Assembly: GCA_964530075.1 (NCBI GenBank)
Contig: CAZGXU010000006.1
Span: 1-60,655, forward strand
Length of the DNA stretch: 60,655 nt
Source of the DNA: an uncultured Thermotogae bacterium
GTDB lineage: Bacteria > Bipolaricaulota > Bipolaricaulia > UBA7950 > UBA9294
Direction: 5' to 3'
The position numbers and the translations under genes were made by a program. The notes below the pieces were generated by a model. That model saw only the letters and a program-made list of their open reading frames with translations. It was not told the origin of the DNA and ran no database searches. Every line of letters begins with the position of its first letter. Position 1 is the stretch's first letter. Of the stretch, positions 38,797-48,706 are shown piece by piece.

Positions 38797-38834
38797 CGCG
38801 CCGTCCGGGACGCACCGGGCGGCGCGTTCTTGTT
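38797..38834 (+). terminator. intrinsic terminator
   Basis: Stem CGCGCCGTCCGG/CCGGGCGGCGCG followed by TTCTTGTT. Confidence 0.7.
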
Positions 38835-38881
38835 GATCGCCCCTCGCCGGATCGTCTAGTATCGCGGAGGGAGGGGGAGCG

Positions 38882-39814
38882 ATGTCCGACGACCGGCCTC
38901 TCGCGATACAGTTCAGCGATCTGCGGGAATTCACCGCGATTACGGCGGAGCGCGGCGACGAGGAGGCGTTCCGCCTCGCGCGGGCGTTCGCCGGGCTCGT
39001 CGAGAGTCGGGTGACGGACCACGGCGGGCGCGTCCTCAAGACGTACGGCGATGGCGTGATGACCTCGTTCGACGACCCGGTGCGGGCGGTCGAGTGCTCG
39101 ATCCGGATGCAGGACGCCCTGTGCACGGAGTACGGTCACGGGGAGGAGACGACCCTCTCGGCGGGGATCGGCCTGACATGGGGGACGGCGATCCGGACCG
39201 ACGACGACCTGTTCGGCAGCTCGGTGAACCTCGCCAAGCGGATCGCCGACGTTGCGAAGGGCGGTCAGATCATCGTCTCATCGACCGTCGCGCGACACGC
39301 GGCCCTGGCGGCGACCGGCCACGATTTCCGCGATCTCGGCGAGCGGCCGCTGAAGGGGCTGGGCGAGCACCGCCTGTACGAGGTCGTCTGGCGGAACGAG
39401 GTCGCCACGCTCGAGACCGTCCGCGACGACATGGAGTTCATCCTGACCGACGACCACAAGCTGGTCATCCAGTTCGCCAAGGAGGCGCGGGAGCAGCTTC
39501 GCAACGTCCAGGAGAAGCTGGCGTCGCTCGGGGAGGGAGAGACCGGCCTTGAGGGGAGGATCAAGCGTTCGATCGGAAGGCGGGTCGCCCGGAGGCTTCC
39601 CGATGTCGTCGAGTGGGCCGCCGCCCGGGCCGGGATGGGGATGGAGCACGAGCTGGGGGACGTCGAAGCCAGGCTCGAAGGGGGCAAGCTGGTCCTGTTC
39701 ATCAACGGGCGGAAGCGGATCACCCTCGGCGACAAGAGCGTCGACCTCTCGGCGGCCGAGCGGTTCATCGATCGCCTCGCAGCGTTGAAGCGCACGGAGT
39801 CCGAGAGCGCGTAA
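38882..39814 (+). CDS. class III adenylate/guanylate cyclase with unrecognised C-terminal domain
   Basis: FSDLREFT, KTYGDGVM, DLFGSSVNLAKR, LKG. Confidence 0.9.
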   Translation: MSDDRPLAIQFSDLREFTAITAERGDEEAFRLARAFAGLVESRVTDHGGRVLKTYGDGVMTSFDDPVRAVECSIRMQDALCTEYGHGEETTLSAGIGLTWGTAIRTDDDLFGSSVNLAKRIADVAKGGQIIVSSTVARHAALAATGHDFRDLGERPLKGLGEHRLYEVVWRNEVATLETVRDDMEFILTDDHKLVIQFAKEAREQLRNVQEKLASLGEGETGLEGRIKRSIGRRVARRLPDVVEWAAARAGMGMEHELGDVEARLEGGKLVLFINGRKRITLGDKSVDLSAAERFIDRLAALKRTESESA

Positions 39815-40146
39815 GGCCCAGCCTGGCCGCGATGCCGAAACCGGCGAGGAGCTCCTCGGCGATCGTCCTGTCTCGTCCCGAGCGTAGAACGCGCGGATCT
39901 TCTTTTGATGTCGGGCTTCTCGATCCCCCCTGCGGCGTCCCCCGCGCGGTGCTCGTCGGCCTGTGCGGGCCCCGGACGCGGTCCCCGATGGAAGACCTCC
40001 TCGAAGTCCCCTCTCGAGGGCGACGGCGATCGGGATCGCCCGTCCGCCGTTCGTCAGGTAGCGGTCGATCAGCTCGGTGTGCGCTTCGGCCGGAAGACCC
40101 TCATCGAAAGACCCTCGCAGTCCCGTCCCACCTCCCGGTGACCCCT

Positions 40147-41010
40147 CTACGAGCCCCGCACCCCCCACCGCCACAGCTCTCGGAGGGACGCCGACTTCCC
40201 GGTCATCAGCATCCCGACTTCGAAGACCTTGGTGGCGAACCGCATCATCAACACGGTGCCGACGGCGAGCGAGAGCAAGCTCAGCCCCATCTCCCACGCC
40301 GGAACGAACTTCGTCCCCTCGGAGATCGTGGGCGTCGCGCCGATGCGAAGAAGCATCACGCCGGGCGTGAACGGCGGGATGAATCCGGCGATGCGGACGA
40401 GCAGCGAGTCCGGCTTCTGGATGATCAGCGCGGCGAACATCATCGGGACGTACGGGACGATGCCGGCCAATCCGATCGCGCCGCCGGAGTGGATGTCCTT
40501 GATCGCCGCGCCGACGGTGGCGTAGATGGAGGCGATGAACAGGTACCCGAGGCAGAAGTACAGGGGGTACGTCACCCAGTGCGCCAGGGAGAGCGACGCC
40601 AGGGAGAGGGGGAGGAAACGCCCCGCCACGAAGTAGGCGGTCGCCGCCCACGCGATCACCTGGATGAGGCCAGCGAGGCCGAGACCGATCACCTTCCCGG
40701 CCATCAGGTCCCACGCGGAGACGCTCGAGAGCATCATCTCGACGACGCGGCTCTGTTTCTCCTTCATGACGCCGTACATCGTCATCACCCCGGAGATGAA
40801 GGCGCCGATGAACAGGATCAGCGCGAGGAAGAGGCCGATGATGAACGGCGGCGGCGGCTCGGACGGAGTCGACACCTCCCCCTCCATGGCCAAGGTGATG
40901 GCGAAGACGGCGACGCCGATGATCGCGGGGATAAAGACCGTCATGACCAGGAATTGCTTCGAGCGGATCGTCTGGGTGAACTCCCAGCGGATGACCTTCG
41001 CGAGTTTCAC
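40147..41010 (-). CDS. ABC-2 exporter permease (NatB/YhaP-like)
   Basis: EKQSRVVEMMLSSV, GKVIG, multiple TMs. Confidence 0.9.
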   Translation of the reverse strand: MKLAKVIRWEFTQTIRSKQFLVMTVFIPAIIGVAVFAITLAMEGEVSTPSEPPPPFIIGLFLALILFIGAFISGVMTMYGVMKEKQSRVVEMMLSSVSAWDLMAGKVIGLGLAGLIQVIAWAATAYFVAGRFLPLSLASLSLAHWVTYPLYFCLGYLFIASIYATVGAAIKDIHSGGAIGLAGIVPYVPMMFAALIIQKPDSLLVRIAGFIPPFTPGVMLLRIGATPTISEGTKFVPAWEMGLSLLSLAVGTVLMMRFATKVFEVGMLMTGKSASLRELWRWGVRGS

Positions 41011-41921
41011 GCGTCGCCTCCTTCGATCGTCCGGATGAAAAGGTCGTGCAGCGGAGGTCGATCCACGTGGAGCGCGAGGATCTCGATCGTTTCGGGCAGA
41101 CAGCGGATCAGCGCGTCGGGCTCCGTCCCCGGCAGGAGCGTGAACGCGGCGCGGCCCGATCCGAGGCGCAGGTCCGCGATGCCTTCGATCGACCGGAGCG
41201 ATGTCCCGTCGCCGGCGAATCGGAGGAGGACCGCGTGTTCGCCGTGCGCCTCCTTGATCTCTTCAAGCCCTCCGTACAGGACGCGGCGGCCGCGGTGGAT
41301 GAGGAAGATGCGGTCGCACAGCTCCTCGACGCGGTTCATCTGGTGCGAGGAGAGGAGGACGGCCGCTCCGTCCTCGCGGAGTCGATGGATGACCTCCTTG
41401 AGCAGATCCTGATTGACCGGATCGAGGCCGGCGAACGGCTCGTCGAGGACGACGAACTGCGGCCGGTGGACGATCGCGGCGATGAACTGAACCTTCTGTT
41501 GCATCCCCTTGGAGAGCTTCTCGATCTTCTTCAACGACCAGTCGCCGAGGTCGAACCGGCCGAGCCATTCGCGAGCCCGGTCGCGGGCATCGGCGCGGGC
41601 GAGGCCTTTCAGTTCGCCGAAGTAGACGAGCAGATCGAGGACGCGCGCATCGCCGTACAAGCCGCGTTCCTCCGGAAGATACCCGGTGTGCTCTTTCGGA
41701 GCCATGGGCGCCGGGTCGGCCGCCCCGAATCGGATCTCGCCGCGATCGGGGCGGAGGATCCCGAGGATCATCCGGAGGGTCGTCGTCTTCCCCGCGCCGT
41801 TCGGGCCGAGAAACCCGAGGATCTCCCCGCGCTCGACGCAGAAGGAGACGTCGTCGACCGCGCGGACGGACTCGAACGTCTTGCTGACGCCCTCGACGCG
41901 CAATAGCTCGCTCCTGTTCAA
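41007..41921 (-). CDS. ABC exporter ATP-binding protein
   Basis: GPNGAGKTT, LSKGMQQ, LDEP, SSH. Confidence 0.95.
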   Translation of the reverse strand: MNRSELLRVEGVSKTFESVRAVDDVSFCVERGEILGFLGPNGAGKTTTLRMILGILRPDRGEIRFGAADPAPMAPKEHTGYLPEERGLYGDARVLDLLVYFGELKGLARADARDRAREWLGRFDLGDWSLKKIEKLSKGMQQKVQFIAAIVHRPQFVVLDEPFAGLDPVNQDLLKEVIHRLREDGAAVLLSSHQMNRVEELCDRIFLIHRGRRVLYGGLEEIKEAHGEHAVLLRFAGDGTSLRSIEGIADLRLGSGRAAFTLLPGTEPDALIRCLPETIEILALHVDRPPLHDLFIRTIEGGDA

Positions 41922-42086
41922 CGATCGTCCCTCCTCTCAGGAAGCCGGCGGATTGTACCGACGCCATGCCATTCGATCATGCCTCCGTCACAGCCTCGTG
42001 TCGGGAAGCGGCTCGACCGGCCCGGCCGTCGAGGCACAGGCACGACGGCGAGGGGCCCCGTCCCCTCGTGGAAGAGGTGGGGGGCG

Positions 42087-42764
42087 TCAGTCGTCCGCCC
42101 CGGGGCGTCGGGCCCTCCGGCGGGCGTAGTTGCGCCGGGCCTTGGCCCGGTTGCCGCAGCTGCTCATGTCGCACCATCGACGGCTGCGGTTCCGGCTTCG
42201 GTCGATGAACAGCCAGCCGCACGTCTCGTCGGCGCACTGGCGGATGCGCTGAAGCGATTCCGAAGTGAGGAGCGCGACGGCGGACCGGGCGAGCTCCCAG
42301 ACCGGACCTTCGAGGTCGCGACCGCTCCCCGCGTCGAGGGCCCAAGCGAATCCGTCTTTGCGAGGTGCCAAGCGGGAATGAGCGTTCGCCCTGCGGGCCG
42401 AAGCCGTGATCGCGGTCAGATCCTCCCTGTCCGGTGGCTCGCCGGAGACCGCGGCGACGAGGATCCGGTACAGGCTCGCTCGAAACGAACGCGCCCTGCG
42501 AAGGACCCGCTCGGCCGCATCCGGGCGCTTCGACGCCTCCTCCTTCAGGGATGAGAGCCGCGGGCCGTCGAGGAGACCCGCCTCCTCGGCCCATTCCAGA
42601 AGGTCGCCGTAGGACTCCAGCCGGTCGGTGGGGGCATCACCGAGCCACTCATCGACCGTGTTGACGAAGTCGACGCTCGGATCTCCGCCGAGGAAAGCGA
42701 AACGGGCGCGCGCGGGATCCGCCTCCTTCGGCGCATCGCTCATCCTGGAACTCGCCGCCTTCAT
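42087..42764 (-). CDS. ABATE domain/CGNR zinc-finger putative regulator
   Basis: DFVNT; C..CGWLFIDRSRNRSRRWCDMSSCGNRAKARR. Start could be either Met. Confidence 0.92.
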   Translation of the reverse strand: MKAASSRMSDAPKEADPARARFAFLGGDPSVDFVNTVDEWLGDAPTDRLESYGDLLEWAEEAGLLDGPRLSSLKEEASKRPDAAERVLRRARSFRASLYRILVAAVSGEPPDREDLTAITASARRANAHSRLAPRKDGFAWALDAGSGRDLEGPVWELARSAVALLTSESLQRIRQCADETCGWLFIDRSRNRSRRWCDMSSCGNRAKARRNYARRRARRPGADD

Positions 42765-42866
42765 GTCCGTCCTCCGGCCCGACCTGCGTTCGAGACTCCG
42801 CCTACTATCTGGACCCCATTCTACCGAGCAGGGAGGCGGCTCCCAAGCGAGCGGTCGACGGGAGAA

Positions 42867-42942
42867 CTAACCTACAACATTCATTTGACAGGTTTGAATG
42901 GTTCGAGTACTCTTACCCGGTGAACGAGAGTACGATAGTTAG
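42867..42942 (+). promoter_or_regulatory. promoter with two candidate operator sites
   Basis: TTGACA(42885)-N17-TACTCT; TAACC-N18-GGTTT over the -35 and TACCC-N18-AGTTA just after the -10. Confidence 0.6.
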
Positions 42943-43003
42943 CCGATCGGGCTGCGAGAGGCATGCACGTAAGACGAATGAGACCTGGACCGAGGAGGTT
43001 GCG

Positions 43004-43957
43004 ATGCGTCGAGGGGGTTCCGCGGAATCCGTTGTCGATCTGCTGAGCGAACACGGCTGGGCTGCGCGGTTCGTGCCGATCGGGCGGGTACTCGATGCCT
43101 GGAGCGAGTTGGAGGGGCGGCGCACGAGCGGGGAGCTCGACGGCGCGCTCTTCCGGGAGTACCTCGCTCCGCTCGGTGGGGCGATCGATTCGCCCCCGAA
43201 GGGGATGCGTTCCGTTCTGGTCGCGGCCGTCCCGGATCCGATGATTCGAATCCGATTCGCCTGGCGCGGCGGCGAGGTCCCCGTCACGGTCCCGCCGACG
43301 TACCTTCATTGGCGGGATCGCGACGGGGAGGTCGAGGGCGTCGTCGCAGCCGCGCTCGACGGAGCCGGGCATCGCGTCCAGCGGACCAACGTCCCGAAAA
43401 AACTCCTCGCGACCCGCAGCGGTCTGGCAAAATACGGCCGGAACAACATCACCTACGTCGAAGGGACAGGCAGCTATCACCGGTTGGTCGCTCTGCACAC
43501 CAGCGTTCCCTGCGCTGCGGACCCGTGGCGGGAGCCGGAGATGATGTCCGCGTGCGAGGAGTGCCGTGCCTGCCTCGAGAGCTGCCCGACCGGCGCGATC
43601 GCGGGAGAACGGTTCCTCTTACAGGCCGAGCGGTGCCTCACGTTCTGGAACGAGAAGCCGGCCGACGTTCCCTTTCCGGAGGGGCTCGACCCGAGTTGCC
43701 ACAACCAGCTGGTCGGGTGCATGCGCTGTCAGGCGGTCTGTCCGGCGAACGCCGGGCACCTCACGATCGAGGAGGCCGATCCGACGTTCACCGAGGAGGA
43801 GACGGCCGCGTTCCTCCGCGGCGCCGCGGCCGACGAACTCACAGCGGAGACGATCGACAAGCTGAGGGAGCACGACCTCCTCGACTACCTGGAGGTCTTC
43901 CCGCGGAACCTCAGAGCCCTTCTCCATCTTCCGTCGGCGGGACCGGCAATCGGGTGA
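43004..43957 (+). CDS. QueG (epoxyqueuosine reductase)-like 2x[4Fe-4S] protein
   Basis: RBS GAGGAGG; SGLAKYGRNN, GSY, CEECRACLESCPTGAI, RCLT, GCMRCQAVCP. Confidence 0.8.
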   Translation: MRRGGSAESVVDLLSEHGWAARFVPIGRVLDAWSELEGRRTSGELDGALFREYLAPLGGAIDSPPKGMRSVLVAAVPDPMIRIRFAWRGGEVPVTVPPTYLHWRDRDGEVEGVVAAALDGAGHRVQRTNVPKKLLATRSGLAKYGRNNITYVEGTGSYHRLVALHTSVPCAADPWREPEMMSACEECRACLESCPTGAIAGERFLLQAERCLTFWNEKPADVPFPEGLDPSCHNQLVGCMRCQAVCPANAGHLTIEEADPTFTEEETAAFLRGAAADELTAETIDKLREHDLLDYLEVFPRNLRALLHLPSAGPAIG

Positions 43958-44018
43958 CCGTGACGCTGCACGGAGGCGGTCCGGATTCAGCCGGGTGATG
44001 CGGGATCGGTTGGCCGAC

Positions 44019-45194
44019 CTACTTCGATCCGAGCGCGCGCCGGATCCGCTGGAGACCTTCGGTGAGCATCGTGCGGGGGCAGGCGAGGTTGAGCCGGACG
44101 AACCCCTCGCCGCCGGGCCCGAACATCGCGCCGTCGACGGTCGCCAGGCGCCCCTTCTCGAGGAGGAGCTCGTGGGGGTTCCCGTCGATCCCCGCTCCGC
44201 GGCAGTCCAGCCACGCGAGGTACGTCCCCTCGAGCGGCGTCATCGCGACGCCGGGCAGCTCCTCCCGGACGAACTCGGCGGCGACGTCGCGGTTCGCCCG
44301 GAGGTACTCGACCAGCTCGTCGAGCCACGGATCGCCGTCCCGGAAGGCGGCGACGGCGGCGATGTAGCCCATCACGCCGGGACCGGGGACCAGCCCCATC
44401 TTCGCTCCCTCGTACCGCGTCCGGAGCCGCGGATCGGAGATCACCGCGAACGCGAACGGGATCCCGGCGACGTTGAACGACTTGGCCGGCGACATCAGCG
44501 TGATCGTCCGTCGATCGATCTCCGGCGACAGCGACGCGATCGGGATGTGACGGTGTCCCTCGTAGACGAAGTCCGCGTGGATCTCGTCGGAGCAGAGGAT
44601 CAGGTCGCGCGCCTCGCAGATCTCGGCGAGCCGCTCCAGCTCCGGCTTCGTGTAGACGCGGCCGATCGGGTTGTGCGGGTTGCAGAAGATGAACAGGCGA
44701 CTTCGCCCGTCGATCGCACGTTCGAATCCGTCGAAGTCGATCTCGTACCGAAGGCCGTCGGAGCAGGCCATCTCGCTCAGCCGCCCTCGCAGGCCGACGT
44801 TCTTCGGGACGGAGAGGATCGGGAAGTAGACCGGCGGCGTGATCAGCACCCCGTCCCCGGGCCGCGTTACCGCGTGGGCGGCGAGGTGGAACCCGGTGTA
44901 CACGCTCGGAAGGAAGACGATCGCCTCGGCCTCGATCGACCAATCGAACCGGCGCTTCAGCCGGTCGACGATGATGCCGCGCAGCGCCGCCGGCTCGCTC
45001 GGGTAGCCGAAGATTCCGCGCTCCGTCCGCTCTCGGAGCGCCTCGATGATCGGGTCGGGACAGCGGAAGTCCATGTCCGCCACCCACATGGGCAGCACGT
45101 CTTCCGGATAGTAGGTCCACTTGATGGATTCGGTGCTGCGTCGGTCGACATGCTCTCGGAATCGGGCATTGTCAAACGTCGAATCGTCGTGCAT
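44019..45194 (-). CDS. MalY/PatB-family PLP-dependent C-S lyase
   Basis: PMWVADMDF, GIFGY, CNPHNP, SDEIHAD, SPAKSFN, YLAWLD, RLNLAC. Confidence 0.94.
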   Translation of the reverse strand: MHDDSTFDNARFREHVDRRSTESIKWTYYPEDVLPMWVADMDFRCPDPIIEALRERTERGIFGYPSEPAALRGIIVDRLKRRFDWSIEAEAIVFLPSVYTGFHLAAHAVTRPGDGVLITPPVYFPILSVPKNVGLRGRLSEMACSDGLRYEIDFDGFERAIDGRSRLFIFCNPHNPIGRVYTKPELERLAEICEARDLILCSDEIHADFVYEGHRHIPIASLSPEIDRRTITLMSPAKSFNVAGIPFAFAVISDPRLRTRYEGAKMGLVPGPGVMGYIAAVAAFRDGDPWLDELVEYLRANRDVAAEFVREELPGVAMTPLEGTYLAWLDCRGAGIDGNPHELLLEKGRLATVDGAMFGPGGEGFVRLNLACPRTMLTEGLQRIRRALGSK

Positions 45195-45275
45195 GGCGCC
45201 TCCAGCGCAAGAGACGCCCCATTCTCATGCATGAACCGTGCAAGCGCAATGGGCGCGCCGCGTGCCGACGGACCA

Positions 45276-45333
45276 TCAGTTCTACATCAACAGGTGCAAA
45301 ACCCTTGAGTTGGAGCGAGAATCCATCTACTGT
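45276..45333 (+). promoter_or_regulatory. promoter of regulator 1 with upstream 11-bp-spaced TCA pair
   Basis: TCA at 45276 and 45287; TTGAGT(45305)-N17-TACTGT; homologous to 48707-48764. Confidence 0.6.
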
Positions 45334-45339
45334 CTTCGA

Positions 45340-46293
45340 GTGACGAGACAATCGCTCGGAAGACTCGGAACGCTATGGATCGGACTCGGCCTTCTGGCAC
45401 TGCTCGGCGTGGGCGCATGCGTCGTGCGTTGGGACATCGGCCGACGATCCGGGTCGGAGTACGACGCCTTCACCAAACAGAACATCCAGTTGTCGAGGGT
45501 GTTCGCCCGCGCTGCCGACGCCTGGCTGGATCGCGGCAACGCAGACACCGTCGAGGAAGCTGCGGATCTCCTCTTGGTTGGAAGCGCTCAGTACGTGCGA
45601 ATCACCGTCGACAGCGTCATCGTTCTCGACAAACGACGGGCGAACGGCGCGGTCATGCCCCCGGATCTGACGGAGATCGATCGCCTGTCCGACGCGGATC
45701 CGTGGCATCGGCTTCGCGACGACGGACTGGACGTGGCGATTCCGATTGAACTCGCGGGGCTGGGAGAGCCGGACGAGGGCATCGTCCAGGTCGGATTCTC
45801 CGATGCGCAGGCCGATTCCCGACTGGCTCAATATCGCCGACTTGTCCTCTTCATGGCAGGAGGAAGCTGGTCCGCCTTGGCGCTCATGGCGGTCCTCGTC
45901 GGTCGGCTTCTGGCCCTTCGAAAGCGAATCGCAGGGGTGCAGAACGGCGGGATTCCACCGGATGGCATCATCCGCCGCGGAGGACCGGAAATCGACACGG
46001 CGAGCCGTACGGTACGGCTGAACGGTCAACCGGTCGATCTGACGCCGAAGACCTTCGAATTGCTCCTGTTTCTCGCGCGCAACGAGGGGAAGACGTACTC
46101 GGATGCCGAACTCCTTGAAGCGCTGTGGGCAGATGCGTCGTATGCGGCATCGAATGACGTCAAGCAGTGCATCTACCTGCTGCGCCGAAGGCTGGGCGCT
46201 GTATTCGAAGATCCCAAGCGCATCATCGTGAACATCAAGGGGTTCGGATACCGGTTGGAATCTCCGAATGAGACAACACTGAACGAGGACTGA
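45340..46293 (+). CDS. membrane-anchored one-component regulator 1: TM-extracytoplasmic sensor-TM-OmpR/PhoB-type wHTH
   Basis: Two hydrophobic segments around a ~130-aa loop (LDVAIPI..GIVQVGFS); C-terminal LTPKTFELL..LW..IYLLRRRLG..IVNIKGFGYRL; no receiver. GTG start inferred. Confidence 0.85.
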   Translation: MTRQSLGRLGTLWIGLGLLALLGVGACVVRWDIGRRSGSEYDAFTKQNIQLSRVFARAADAWLDRGNADTVEEAADLLLVGSAQYVRITVDSVIVLDKRRANGAVMPPDLTEIDRLSDADPWHRLRDDGLDVAIPIELAGLGEPDEGIVQVGFSDAQADSRLAQYRRLVLFMAGGSWSALALMAVLVGRLLALRKRIAGVQNGGIPPDGIIRRGGPEIDTASRTVRLNGQPVDLTPKTFELLLFLARNEGKTYSDAELLEALWADASYAASNDVKQCIYLLRRRLGAVFEDPKRIIVNIKGFGYRLESPNETTLNED

Positions 46294-46304
46294 TGGACAA
46301 CTGA
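46269..46304 (+). repeat. 4x TGA-N8 phased array, candidate wHTH operator
   Basis: TGA at 46269, 46280, 46291 (stop codon), 46302. Confidence 0.72.
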
Positions 46305-46342
46305 CTTCGACTGCGATTGAAATGGGCGGCGAAGGAGGCAGC

Positions 46343-48610
46343 ATGAACGCAACAAGACGACTCATGGCGGTCCTGCTCGTCCTCGCCCTGCTGGCGGCCG
46401 GGGTGGGGGCGATGGCACAAACGACCGCACAGGAGCAATTCGCGGCCGATGTGGCCGATCTGTTGGACCTGTTGGATCGCGCCCTGTACCTGGCGATGAC
46501 CGGTTTCTCCGCCTACGACCACGAGGACCAGCTTGTGGCCGCGCAGCGGCTGATCAACCTGTTGGAGGGTCCAACCGGCGCCGAGTACGCCACATCGGTG
46601 GGGGAGACCGAGGGGAGCGGCATGTTGCTCAATCCTGCTTTGGATCCGAGCTATGACTGGTCAGGTTTGGCAGAGCAGTCAAGCGGCTCCGAGATTTACG
46701 TCTGGCGTGATGCGGCGGTGAATACCTCGAGGTTTCTCAGACTCGCTCTCGACGCGGCCCTTGATGCACGGGACACGGCGTACAGCCTCCTCGGACCCGA
46801 AGACGCCTTCCGAACGGCCTATGCTTGCTTGGTCGCGGCACGCGGCGGCCTGGAGGACCCCTTCCTCCTCGCGGGGATCGCGGATCTAGCGGAGCTGTAC
46901 CCATCAAGCGCTCTGACGTCAGAAGCAGTCCAAGTCCGGGAGAATACATTGCAGGATCGACTACTGGGTGAACCCACCGGCGGTGTCATCCAGTTGGACG
47001 CCGGAATCTATCGGGACCGAGTCGTGATCACATGGGATGTCACGATCCAGGGGAGGTCTCCTGAGGAGACGATCCTTGAGGGCGTCGCCTGGGATGCCGT
47101 CTTGGCGGTCATTGCCGAGGAGCCGGTGCATCTCGTGTTGAAGGACCTTACGATCCGCGGCGGAGACAGTGGTGTGGCGTCGTGGGCCTACGACGAGGAC
47201 GCGTCCGTGAACCTAACGCTAGACAACGTCACGCTGGAAGAAAACGGAATCGGCGTCAACGCATCCACGCGAACGAGCCTGGATGCCACAGAGTGCCGTT
47301 TCGTGCACAACGAGCTGGGATTGGAGAGCAAGGCTCCCGGAAGCGAAATCCTCGTTCGTCTGACCGATTGTCTGTTCGATGGGAACGACAGTGCCCTGTC
47401 CGTGGGCGGGGAGCAAATGATCATGCTGAGCGCGTGCCGAATCCTCGACGGCACGGACGCAAGCGGCGACATCGTGATTCGGGGCTCTGCTCGATTGGAG
47501 ATGCGCGACTGCGAGCTTCATCGGATGACCGGCCGGGGAATCGTGCTCGCGGAAACGGCGTCGATGACGTTGATCGACAGCGTCATTGAGACCGCCTATG
47601 CGCACGCCATCGCCGTGGCGAGCACGAGCCCCGATGCATCCGGCCGCGTGGTGCAGGATTGCGGCATTTCCTTCGGATCCAGCGTTGGTGGCGGGACGGA
47701 TCTCCCGCTGGGAACGATCAGCGGCTACGGCAACACCATCACCGGCGGCGTGTGCCCGGTGACCCTGCGGTTTCTCACCGATCCGGCGCCCGATGAAGCG
47801 ACGGTCTCGGCCGGCCGATCGATTCAAACAGCGATCGGTTCCGTCGCGGACGGCGGGACTGTCTCGATCAACGAGGGCACCTATCATGAGAACCTCACGA
47901 TCACGAAACCGATCACGTTGACCGCGACGGGGACCGTCATCATCGTGCCCGTGGATCGCTCACGCCCGGTCATCGATGTCTCGTCGACATCGGATGTCAT
48001 CATTGAAGGGATCCACGTCGAGGACGCCGCGGTCGGGATCAGGGCCGCGCAGGCAAGTTGTCTACTCACAAACTGCCGCATCCAGTCAACCGCCGTCGGC
48101 GTGGACGTGGCCGCCTTCGAGGCGGACGACGTTCGCGTCGAGGCAACGACGTTTGCCGGGCAAGGTGTCGGGATCAAGACGCTTGGAGACGGACGGATCG
48201 AGATCGTGGACTGCACATTGCGGGAGCTTGCGACGGGTGTGCTAATCGGCGGCCTGACCTCAGTCGTCGTCCGGAACTCGGCTTTCGCGGACACGTTCGA
48301 GGGGATCGTGATGGCCGGCAGCGCAACGGCGACACTCTCGGGCAACACGATCGACGGCGCACGGCTCGGCATTCGTGTGAGCGATGTACCGAGCGGCCCG
48401 AAGGGCACCTTAAACATTGACTCCAATACGATTCGGAACTGCACGGAAGGGGCGATCAGTCTCTGCACAGACCTCGCGACGAACGACCTCGCGTTTACCG
48501 GGAAGCTCTCAGGAGCGGGCAACGTCGTGGAAGGCGGCATCGATGCCCTTTGCCCGTCCTGGTTCGCGTGGCCCGACGGATTTCTGACCGCTGAGCACCC
48601 CGCGGACTGA
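46343..48610 (+). CDS. secreted protein 1: unrecognised helical N-domain + two right-handed beta-helix (pectin-lyase-like) modules
   Basis: RBS AAGGAGG; signal peptide; helix-cap motifs GIYRDRVVI and SIQTAI..GTYHENLTITKPITL; repeated GI/GV strands. Confidence 0.85.
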   Translation: MNATRRLMAVLLVLALLAAGVGAMAQTTAQEQFAADVADLLDLLDRALYLAMTGFSAYDHEDQLVAAQRLINLLEGPTGAEYATSVGETEGSGMLLNPALDPSYDWSGLAEQSSGSEIYVWRDAAVNTSRFLRLALDAALDARDTAYSLLGPEDAFRTAYACLVAARGGLEDPFLLAGIADLAELYPSSALTSEAVQVRENTLQDRLLGEPTGGVIQLDAGIYRDRVVITWDVTIQGRSPEETILEGVAWDAVLAVIAEEPVHLVLKDLTIRGGDSGVASWAYDEDASVNLTLDNVTLEENGIGVNASTRTSLDATECRFVHNELGLESKAPGSEILVRLTDCLFDGNDSALSVGGEQMIMLSACRILDGTDASGDIVIRGSARLEMRDCELHRMTGRGIVLAETASMTLIDSVIETAYAHAIAVASTSPDASGRVVQDCGISFGSSVGGGTDLPLGTISGYGNTITGGVCPVTLRFLTDPAPDEATVSAGRSIQTAIGSVADGGTVSINEGTYHENLTITKPITLTATGTVIIVPVDRSRPVIDVSSTSDVIIEGIHVEDAAVGIRAAQASCLLTNCRIQSTAVGVDVAAFEADDVRVEATTFAGQGVGIKTLGDGRIEIVDCTLRELATGVLIGGLTSVVVRNSAFADTFEGIVMAGSATATLSGNTIDGARLGIRVSDVPSGPKGTLNIDSNTIRNCTEGAISLCTDLATNDLAFTGKLSGAGNVVEGGIDALCPSWFAWPDGFLTAEHPAD

Positions 48611-48706
48611 TCGATCGAGCACCAAGGCGGATGGTTCACTGCGCGGGGAGCTTTTCGGAGCCCCGTGCGGCGTATCGTCAGGCAAGCTCTAGGATCTCGG
48701 TGTTCC

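Noticed and set aside
39815-40146. Possible gene remnant between the cyclase and the ABC permease
   Set aside because: Short protein-like stretches on the minus strand, but no start, RBS or recognisable family.
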